Shown here piece after piece: positions 1-7,238 of a stretch of DNA of 31,199 nt (the stretch's first letter is position 1; each line of letters begins with the position of its first letter). The notes under the pieces are model-generated. The model was given only the letters and a program-made list of their open reading frames with translations. It was not told the DNA's origin and did not search any database. The translations under genes and the position numbers were made by a program. Origin of the DNA: Thermovirgaceae bacterium (GTDB lineage: Bacteria; Synergistota; Synergistia; Synergistales; Thermovirgaceae); NCBI GenBank assembly GCA_046542505.1, contig JBKHBH010000016.1, positions 1 to 31,199 on the forward strand, in the 5' to 3' direction.

Positions 1-264
1 CCTGAAACCGGCATCCTGCCGGTTTCCCGGCCCTGCGCTGTGCCCGGTAACGCGCTCTTTGTAACCTGTGGCACACCTGCATCAGCTTCTTGTCATGGAT
101 GATTTCGTTTTTTCGCCTTTTGTGGAACCCAAAACACTGTTACATCAGGGGGCGCGTTACCGTTGCTCGCTTGGGTCGTCGGTGCATATTGTCGTCCATG
201 ACAAATGCACCTGAAACCGGCATCCTGCCGGTTTCCCGGCCCTGCGCTGTGCCCGGTAACGCGC
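1..264. repeat. Exact 55-nt direct repeat (1-55 = 210-264; period 209 nt); first copy truncated by window edge
   Basis: CCTGAAACCGGCATCCTGCCGGTTTCCCGGCCCTGCGCTGTGCCCGGTAACGCGC occurs at 1-55 and 210-264. Confidence 0.95.
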
Positions 265-269
265 CCTCT
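147..269. ncRNA. Putative structured non-coding element (closing stem + two-hairpin junction); strand unresolved
   Basis: Perfect 13-bp IR 150-162/254-266; inner stem 173-178/237-242; hairpin 181-211 (GGTGCAT..ATGCACC, TTGTC..GACAA); hairpin 213-235 (GAAACCGGCA-TCC-TGCCGGTTTC). Confidence 0.5.
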
Positions 270-345
270 CTATTTTTCAAGCAGAACGTCCGCCTGTCTG
301 GACACAGTTTTTTCGCTCCCTCGCAAGGAGAAAAACTCCCGAGGC

Positions 346-374
346 TCAAGAAGGCGGCCCCCTCCCGCCGATAC
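346..374 (+). promoter_or_regulatory. Putative sigma28 (FliA) promoter for flgD-flgE
   Basis: TCAAG (346-350)-N16-GCCGATAC (367-374), 38 nt upstream of the flgD ATG; -10 element matches GCCGATAA consensus well, spacer slightly long. Confidence 0.5.
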
Positions 375-412
375 CAAAGAGACAGAAGCCGATCAGAAGG
401 GAGAGGGCTTTC

Positions 413-826
413 ATGAGCGAAATTTCGGCAGCGGCGTCGTATTCATTGACAGATGCCGACAAGACCACCGAACGGGCCGCAGGCAATACGCTCCTCGGAA
501 AGGATGAGTTCCTCAAGATCCTGGTGACCCAGCTGTCGAACCAGGATCCCCTGGAGCCGCTGGACCAGGCGGAATTCATCGGGCAGATGGCCCAGTTCGC
601 CGAGGTGGAACAGACCTCGAATCTCAACGACAAGATGGAGCAGATGGAAGGGTTCCTCCGGTTTTCCTCGGCGGCAATGGTCGGCGAGGAGGTCTCCTAT
701 GCGGATTACGACGGATACTCCAGGGACGGCAAGGTGGAGGCGGTGATCTTCGACGAAGAGGGAGTCTCCCTGAAGATGAAAGACGGGTACATCATTCCCA
801 TGGAGCGGATCGAACGGATCCGGTAG
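413..826 (+). CDS. flgD: Flagellar hook capping protein FlgD (short form, 137 aa)
   Basis: LGKDEFLKILVTQLSNQDPLEPLDQAEFIGQMAQF signature; RBS GGGAGAGG; precedes flgE. Confidence 0.95.
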   Translation: MSEISAAASYSLTDADKTTERAAGNTLLGKDEFLKILVTQLSNQDPLEPLDQAEFIGQMAQFAEVEQTSNLNDKMEQMEGFLRFSSAAMVGEEVSYADYDGYSRDGKVEAVIFDEEGVSLKMKDGYIIPMERIERIR

Positions 827-919
827 ACGGGCATGTGGCGGGCCGCAAGGGACGGCGGCTGACGGGACGCACGACGCAGGCCGAAGGCCTTTGAAACAAT
901 ACACGGGAGGGAACGGACC

Positions 920-2860
920 ATGCTCAGGTCTTTGATGTCGGGAGTCAGTGGAGTGAGGGGGCACCAGACCCTTCTCGACGTGGTGGGAAACAACATATCA
1001 AACGCGAACACGACGGGGTTCAAGAAATCCAGCGTTTCCTTCCAGGAGCTTATGAGCCAGACGGAACAGGCGGCGACGGCTCCGGGAAGCGAAAAGGGCG
1101 GGACCAATCCCAAGCAGGTCGGTCTCGGCATGAACGTGGGCGCCGTGAACACGGACCACAGCCAGGGAAACATCAACTACACCGGGGCCAGCGGCGACAT
1201 GGCCATCGAGGGCGATGGCTATTTCGTCGTCGGAAGCGGCGATGGCAATGTCTACAGCAGGGCGGGGAATTTCATCCTCGATGGCCAGGGGAACATGGTC
1301 CAAAGCGGTACGGGTTACAGGATGCAGGGCTTCGCCATGACCGACGACCCCCTCAATCCCGGGCAGAAAGTGGTCGGTTCGGAGCTGCGGAACATCAACA
1401 TCCCCGTGGGACAGAAGCTGCCCGCCAAGGCCACCACCACCGTGGGCTTCCGGTGCAACCTGGACTCCAGGGCCTCAACGGTGCTTCCCATGGGGCTCAG
1501 TTCCAAGGACCTTCTCACCAGCGGCATCATCGGGGGCCAGGAATACAGCAGTATTACCTTTGCCGAGGGAGGGACCACGGGAGATTTCCTGACGGCGACA
1601 TTCAGACAGCCCGACGGAACGGAAATAGACGTGGATTTCGCCTTTGAGGGCGTGAATACCACCACGGGACTTCCGGCACTTGCCGATGCCTCGGCCGATC
1701 TTGACGGCGACGGGACAGCAGAGACGCTTCACTTTGATGATGGGACGGGACAGCTCCAGGTCTTGAGCAGCGTGGACGGATCACATATGTGGTCCGCGGA
1801 CCTGGGTGCGGCGATGAATTACGAGATCGTGGAAATCGATGACGGTTCAGGTGGAACGCTGAACTATCTCGCCGAATTCAACGACCTGTCCGACGGAAGC
1901 CGCCAGGCTGTCTTCTGGGGCGACGACGGCAGTGGCACGATGGAGCGTGTAGCCCAGGAAATAGAATGTGGCGACGACGGGACCTTTATCGTTCCCGACG
2001 GCACGCAGATCACACTGGGGAATGGTTTGGCAACGCCCCAGGATATTGCGATCGAACAGTCCTCCTCAGGCATGGGCATCGCCCTCAACCAGGGCGGCAC
2101 GGTGATCGACAACTTCGATCTCCAGACGGCGAGCATCCACAACACCAAGTTCGACATCTACGACTCCCAGGGAAACGCCTACACGTTGGAGACGAGCTGG
2201 GAGAAAGTGGACAACAACCTCTGGCGGTGGAGAGCCTGGCTGCCTGACGATCCCGGTATTTCCCTGTCGACCAACACGGGGCTTGTCGAGTTTTCGCCCG
2301 ACGGGCTTGTTGAGAGCGTCACCGATCCTTCTGGAGCCCAAATGAGCACCCTTGGCATCAACTTCGGGACCCTCGGGGCGACGGACTCCGATATCGCTCT
2401 CGACTTTACAGGCGACCTTCTGGGTGCCGACGCCGAGGATGCAGTGACCCAGTTCGGTTCGGCCTTTACCACCAAGGAATACTTCCAGGACGGATACGAA
2501 ATGGGCGTTTTGAACGACTACTCCGTCGGCTCCGACGGGATCATCCGGGGCGTCTACGACAACGGCCAGACGCAGGACCTCTACAACGTGGCCATGGCGG
2601 TCTTCTCCAACCCCAGCGGTCTCGAAAAGCTGGGTGGCGGGGCCTTCCGGGAGACGGCCAACTCGGGCATCCCCCAGATCGTCAGGCCCATGGAGGGCGG
2701 CGCCGGCAACTTGGCGGGCAAGAGCGTGGAGGCCTCCAACGTGGACCTCACCGAGGAGTTCGTGGACCTCATCCAGGCCCAGAGGGGCTTCCAGGCCTCG
2801 GCACGGGTGATCACCACCAGCGACCAGGTGCTGGAAGATCTGATGAACCTGAAACGGTAG
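920..2860 (+). CDS. flgE: Flagellar hook protein FlgE (646 aa, enlarged central region)
   Basis: N-term MLRSLMSGVSGVRGHQTLLDVVGNNISNANTTGFK; YSRAGNF; C-term EASNVDLTEEFVDLIQAQRGFQASARVITTSDQVL; RBS GGGAGG. Confidence 0.97.
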   Translation: MLRSLMSGVSGVRGHQTLLDVVGNNISNANTTGFKKSSVSFQELMSQTEQAATAPGSEKGGTNPKQVGLGMNVGAVNTDHSQGNINYTGASGDMAIEGDGYFVVGSGDGNVYSRAGNFILDGQGNMVQSGTGYRMQGFAMTDDPLNPGQKVVGSELRNINIPVGQKLPAKATTTVGFRCNLDSRASTVLPMGLSSKDLLTSGIIGGQEYSSITFAEGGTTGDFLTATFRQPDGTEIDVDFAFEGVNTTTGLPALADASADLDGDGTAETLHFDDGTGQLQVLSSVDGSHMWSADLGAAMNYEIVEIDDGSGGTLNYLAEFNDLSDGSRQAVFWGDDGSGTMERVAQEIECGDDGTFIVPDGTQITLGNGLATPQDIAIEQSSSGMGIALNQGGTVIDNFDLQTASIHNTKFDIYDSQGNAYTLETSWEKVDNNLWRWRAWLPDDPGISLSTNTGLVEFSPDGLVESVTDPSGAQMSTLGINFGTLGATDSDIALDFTGDLLGADAEDAVTQFGSAFTTKEYFQDGYEMGVLNDYSVGSDGIIRGVYDNGQTQDLYNVAMAVFSNPSGLEKLGGGAFRETANSGIPQIVRPMEGGAGNLAGKSVEASNVDLTEEFVDLIQAQRGFQASARVITTSDQVLEDLMNLKR

Positions 2861-2920
2861 GAAAGCCGAAATGACGGGGGTTCCTGATGGACTCCCCGGA
2901 TCCCGAAGAGGTGGTGCATC

Positions 2921-5836
2921 TTGCAGCGGATATCCCAAACCATGATGTCAAGCATGTTCCTCCAGGACATGCACGGCAGCCTCAAGCGGCTCATGGAGAT
3001 CGAGGAACAGATCGCGAGCCAGCAGAAATACAGCCGCCCCTCGGACAGCCCCTCGGAGGTCACCCGGGGGATGACTGTGGGGACCTCCATCGCGCGAAAC
3101 GACCAGTACCAGCGGAACCTCGATGATGCCGTGACGTGGCTGTCCAACACCGATACGGCCCTGGAGCAGGTGACCAACCTGGTCTCCTCCATCAGGGAAC
3201 AGGTGGTCTATGCCTGTGACGGCGGGCTCTCCAGGGTGGACCGCGAAGCCCTGGCCCAGGATATCTCGGCCATGAGGGACGAGCTCGTTCAGACGGCCAA
3301 CTTCGACGTGGAGGGGCGCTTTCTCCTCTCGGGATACGACACGTCCACGAAGCCTTTCGCCGATGACGGGACGGGACATGTGAATTACCAAGGCGACGAC
3401 GGCCGAATCATCTTTGAGGCCGAGAAGGGGCAGAGGGGGCAGGTATCCCTCAACGGGCGGGACGTATTTCCCCTGAGCTTCGAGCGCCAATCTGTCACAT
3501 CCGTGGAAGTGCCCCTGGATTTCCGGTGGAAGGGAACTTCCGAGGAACTGCGCATTACCGTGGGAGACAGGACGGCAAGGGTGCGGATCCCCGAAAGGTG
3601 GTCCGACACGAACGACGATTCCGTCGCCGATTCCACAGACTACGACGGCTTCCGGTCGCCGGGGGAAAGGGTGAGAGGCTACTCCCTCGAAGAGATCGAG
3701 GAACTCGTCAACGGTTCCGACGACGCGGGACGGCTTGTCCATGCCTCCGTCGAAAAGGATCCCCTGTCGGGGACGCAGCGGCTGAAATTCCAGAGCCTGA
3801 CCGGAGAGCCCCTGAGGGTGGCTTCCATGCCAGATAAAAACAGGATTGTCGACGGCCAGAAGCTGGTGTCGGCTACGGTGGCCGATCCCGCGACATGGAC
3901 GGCTTCCGATGGCACTATTGAAGTGGACTTCGCCGGCGGCGGAAGTTTTTCCGTCGATGTAGATGCCGGCGATACGCTGGAAGACGTGGCCAAGGCCATT
4001 TCAAGTGTCGAGGGTCTCTGGGCCGGCGAAAGAAGCGACGGGAGCATCGCCGTCGTGGGCCCGGACCCCGGAAACACCTTCACGGTGACGGCTACCGGAG
4101 GAGGGACTACCCTGTTCCCCGATGCCGTCTCCTCGGAACCAGTGGAGCGCGAGACCGACACGGCACACCTTGGTCTTGCCTCATACCTGGGGCTTGAGAC
4201 GGCCACCGTTTCGACCCATTTCGCCGAAAACCAGTCACTGGGTGATACGACAGCCGATGAACTGGACATGGTCTTCGTCTCGGGCGCCCGGAAGATGAAC
4301 CTGGTCATTAACGATGAAGCCGATCTGACCATCGAGAAATTCGCCTCCCGCCTGCGGGCCGCCGCAGGAGACTGGCTCGACGTGGTCATCCAAAAGGAGC
4401 CGGAAATCTCCGGTGTCGACGGTCATTCCGAGAGTGAAAGCTCCCGGCTGGTGATCACCACAAGGGATGGCACCCCCCTGTCGGTGTACGACGAGACCAA
4501 TGCCTATGCCCGTGAAATGGGCATTTCAAGCGGTCTGGTGACGAAGGACCTGACGGGCATCGCCTTTCCGGACACGCCCGCAAGCGACGTTCCCGCCCTG
4601 ATCGGCATCGAAGTCGGCGGAGAGCTCCACCGGGTGGCACTTCTCAAGGAGGATGCGACGGACGGCTCGGGTAATCTCGATCCCGGAAAGCTTTCGGAAC
4701 AGATCCGCCACCAGGTGGGAAGCGATGTCATCGGCGTTGACATGGTAGAGGGAGACAGGGCCCTGGCCCTCTATTCAAAAACGGGCGAACCCATGCGGGT
4801 GGTGGATCTGCCTTACGCTGACCCGGATCTCGGCGGTGTGTCCTCGGGCCTCGCCATGGAGACGGGGCTTCACGCGGGGATTTCGGGTGAATGGGTTGAT
4901 GAAACCCTTCAAGCCGGAACAGCGGGCCGGTTTGCCGTCGAAACGGGGGGGAGACGGCTGGAAGTCCCTGTGGCGGCCACGGATACCCTCGAGGATACCG
5001 CCTCGAAACTCAGGGATCTCGCCGGGGGATGGCTGGATGTTTCATTAGCCACTGACGGCGCAGACCGACGCCTGGCCCTGGCGGCCAGGGACGGATCTCC
5101 CCTCAACGTCTACGACCTGACGGGTGTTGCCGCCGAGACCTTCAAGATCAATACCGATGTGAGGGTCCCCGACGGCACCTGGGCAGATGGAGAGGTGTTC
5201 TCCATCGATGCCGACGGCTATTCCGTGGATATCGACCTGACAAACATCGCCGATCTCGAGGAGCTTGCGGTGCACATCAACACCCGGTTCGGAGGCGAAG
5301 ATGTCAGGGCCGAAGTCGTCGACAATGCAGGAACCGATGAACTTGTGCTTCTTTCGCCCCGGGGCAAGTCTATAACTGTAGCGGACTCTGGAATGTTGGT
5401 TCCTCCCGGGGGAAAGGAAAGTCCCCTGCGCAGCGCCGCCGAAGAATCCGGCCCTTACGCCCAGACGGTGACCACACGGACCGGAGCTGATGTGGCACAG
5501 GGTGACCTTTTTGCCCTCCTGGAGGACCTCATTCCCGCCATCGAGCAGGGCGACACCGACGGTTTGTCAGACAGCTTCCTCCCGAGGCTTGATGTGGCCA
5601 TGGACGACGCCCTCAGCGCCAGGGCCACCTGCGGGGCGCTGAGGCGAAGGTACGAAACGGCCCTGAGTCGCCTCAAGGATGACAACCTGGCCATGACGGA
5701 CCTTTTCAGCGGCATCATGGACGTGGATATAGCCGAAGCGGCCGTGGAATTCCAGACGGCCCAGACGGTCTACCAGGCGACGCTGGCAACCATTTCGAAA
5801 GTGGTGCAGCCTACCCTGGTGGATTACCTCACCTAG
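2921..5836 (+). CDS. flgL: Flagellar hook-associated protein 3 FlgL, giant (971 aa)
   Basis: TTG start with RBS GAGGTGG; flagellin-N-like MQRISQ...RPSDSP...NDQYQRNLDDAVTWL; C-term DVDIAEAAVEFQTAQTVYQATLATISKVVQPTLVDYL typical of FlgL. Confidence 0.92.
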   Translation: MQRISQTMMSSMFLQDMHGSLKRLMEIEEQIASQQKYSRPSDSPSEVTRGMTVGTSIARNDQYQRNLDDAVTWLSNTDTALEQVTNLVSSIREQVVYACDGGLSRVDREALAQDISAMRDELVQTANFDVEGRFLLSGYDTSTKPFADDGTGHVNYQGDDGRIIFEAEKGQRGQVSLNGRDVFPLSFERQSVTSVEVPLDFRWKGTSEELRITVGDRTARVRIPERWSDTNDDSVADSTDYDGFRSPGERVRGYSLEEIEELVNGSDDAGRLVHASVEKDPLSGTQRLKFQSLTGEPLRVASMPDKNRIVDGQKLVSATVADPATWTASDGTIEVDFAGGGSFSVDVDAGDTLEDVAKAISSVEGLWAGERSDGSIAVVGPDPGNTFTVTATGGGTTLFPDAVSSEPVERETDTAHLGLASYLGLETATVSTHFAENQSLGDTTADELDMVFVSGARKMNLVINDEADLTIEKFASRLRAAAGDWLDVVIQKEPEISGVDGHSESESSRLVITTRDGTPLSVYDETNAYAREMGISSGLVTKDLTGIAFPDTPASDVPALIGIEVGGELHRVALLKEDATDGSGNLDPGKLSEQIRHQVGSDVIGVDMVEGDRALALYSKTGEPMRVVDLPYADPDLGGVSSGLAMETGLHAGISGEWVDETLQAGTAGRFAVETGGRRLEVPVAATDTLEDTASKLRDLAGGWLDVSLATDGADRRLALAARDGSPLNVYDLTGVAAETFKINTDVRVPDGTWADGEVFSIDADGYSVDIDLTNIADLEELAVHINTRFGGEDVRAEVVDNAGTDELVLLSPRGKSITVADSGMLVPPGGKESPLRSAAEESGPYAQTVTTRTGADVAQGDLFALLEDLIPAIEQGDTDGLSDSFLPRLDVAMDDALSARATCGALRRRYETALSRLKDDNLAMTDLFSGIMDVDIAEAAVEFQTAQTVYQATLATISKVVQPTLVDYLT

Positions 5837-5909
5837 ACGGAAGGACTGAGAACCCGTCGTGACGGAAGGGCTCCCGGAAAAGACGAAACGGGTGAAAGAA
5901 ACATCCTGC

Positions 5910-7070
5910 ATGAAAAAGCATCCGCACCATGAGCAGGTTCCGGAGGAGGTTTCCCGCCTCCGGAGATTCGACTTGCAGCTTTTTTCCCAGGAGAAGACCG
6001 AGGACGCCACGCCCCGCAAACAGAGGAAGGAGCGCGAGGAGGGGCGCGTCGCCCAGAGCAAGGACCTGACTGCCGCCGTGATGCTCCTTTCGGGTATCGC
6101 GATGCTTTTCATGTTCTCCGGGACGGCCTGGAACACCTACAGGGGGTTTTTCGCCTGGAACATGGGCAACATGGCCTCGGCCGGCATGGGCGGAAACTGG
6201 GTGCAGCAACTCCTTTCTTTGGGGCTGAAGTGCTTTCTCGCCATATGGTTTCCCATTGCCCTGGTCGCAGTGGTGAGCGCCTTCACGGTCCTTGCCGTAC
6301 AGGTGGGCCTCAAGATCACCGTCAAGCCCCTGATCCCCAAGGCCGACCGCTTCCATCCCGCAAAGGGCTTCAAGCGCATGTTCTCCCTCCGGTCCTTCGT
6401 GGAAGCGGCAAAGGCCATCCTCAAGGCGTCCATCCTCTTCGCCGTCCTGTACTTCGGACTCAAAGCCGAGATACAAAACCTCTATGGCATTTCTCAAACC
6501 GATGCCCGGGTCGGCATCGGCTACGTCTTCTCCATGCTCTTCGATCTCTCGCTGAAACTTGCAGGAGCGCTCCTCGTGCTGGGGCTTTTGGACTTTGCCT
6601 ACCAGAAGTGGGAGCACTCCCGGTCCATCAAGATGAACAAGCAGGAGGTCAAGGACGAGTTCAAGCAGACCGAGGGCGACCCCCTGATCCGCCAGCGGGT
6701 TCGCAGGAAGCAGTCCGAAATCGGGCGCAACCGGATGATGGCCATGGTCCCCGATGCCGACGTGATCGTCACCAACCCGACACACCTGGCAATTGCCCTC
6801 CAGTACGAACGCGGCAAAACCGACGCCCCCGTGGTGGTGGCCAAGGGGGCGGGCTACGTGGCTCTGCGGATCCGCGAAATCGGCGAGGCTAACGATGTGC
6901 CCGTGGTGGAGGAAAAAAGCCTTGCCCGGGGCATGTACCCCAAGGTGGAAATCGGAGACGAGATCCCCGAGGAATTCTACGTCGCCGTGGCCGAGGTTCT
7001 GGCATATGTCTTTTCCCTCAAAAAGGAAACCTCCACCCCCGACGCCAAAAGCACGGGACGAAGATACTAG
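5910..7070 (+). CDS. flhB: Flagellar export/switch protein FlhB (start uncertain: GTG 5859, ATG 5910 or TTG 5973)
   Basis: EKTEDATPRK, 4 hydrophobic segments, KMNKQEVKDEFKQTEGDP, NPTH autocleavage motif, PVVVAKG. Confidence 0.97.
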   Translation: MKKHPHHEQVPEEVSRLRRFDLQLFSQEKTEDATPRKQRKEREEGRVAQSKDLTAAVMLLSGIAMLFMFSGTAWNTYRGFFAWNMGNMASAGMGGNWVQQLLSLGLKCFLAIWFPIALVAVVSAFTVLAVQVGLKITVKPLIPKADRFHPAKGFKRMFSLRSFVEAAKAILKASILFAVLYFGLKAEIQNLYGISQTDARVGIGYVFSMLFDLSLKLAGALLVLGLLDFAYQKWEHSRSIKMNKQEVKDEFKQTEGDPLIRQRVRRKQSEIGRNRMMAMVPDADVIVTNPTHLAIALQYERGKTDAPVVVAKGAGYVALRIREIGEANDVPVVEEKSLARGMYPKVEIGDEIPEEFYVAVAEVLAYVFSLKKETSTPDAKSTGRRY

Positions 7071-7083
7071 ACATAGACAGGCC

Positions 7084-7108
7084 GGGGACAGGCTTGCCCC
7101 CTTTGTGT
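7084..7108 (+). terminator. Weak candidate terminator after flhB
   Basis: GGGGACAGGCTTGCCCC imperfect hairpin followed by CTTTGTGT. Confidence 0.25.
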
Positions 7109-7140
7109 CACGCCTTCCAAAACGCCTTTTTCGGAAGCCC

Positions 7141-7169
7141 TTGCGCAATTTTTCAAATCGGATTATACT
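7141..7169 (+). promoter_or_regulatory. sigma70/sigmaA-type promoter of the fliA-fliE-fliF... operon
   Basis: TTGCGC (7141-7146)-17 nt-TATACT (7164-7169) in a conspicuously AT-rich intergenic patch. Confidence 0.8.
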
Positions 7170-7177
7170 ACCTCTAC

Positions 7178-7220
7178 AAACAACAATATTTATAATGTTG
7201 TTTATAATGAAAATTATGAG
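7178..7220. promoter_or_regulatory. Operator-like palindrome and repeated TTTATAATG downstream of the fliA promoter
   Basis: AAACAACA (7178-7185)-N10-TGTTGTTT (7196-7203); TTTATAATG at 7189-7197 and 7201-7209. Confidence 0.55.
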
Positions 7221-7238
7221 GGCTGGGGAGAGGTGTCG

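Noticed and set aside
1..264. CRISPR array interpretation of the direct repeat
   Set aside because: Repeat is at least 55 nt with a 209-nt period, only two copies visible, no cas genes; inconsistent with CRISPR geometry.
45..269. Integron attC site, c-di-GMP riboswitch or hammerhead ribozyme
   Set aside because: Ends do not fit RYYYAAC/GTTRRRY; no GEMM-type GCAAA/GAAA-receptor layout recognised; no CUGANGA core on either strand. Only an Infernal search could exclude these formally.
90..507. ORFs 90-416, 140-349 and 205-507
   Set aside because: No recognisable motifs or RBS; they run through the structured repeat and promoter region.
2921..5836. Calling this gene flagellin (fliC)
   Set aside because: Termini match FlgL (RPSDSP; PTLVDYL) and lack flagellin signatures such as RINxAxDDAAG and LAQAN.
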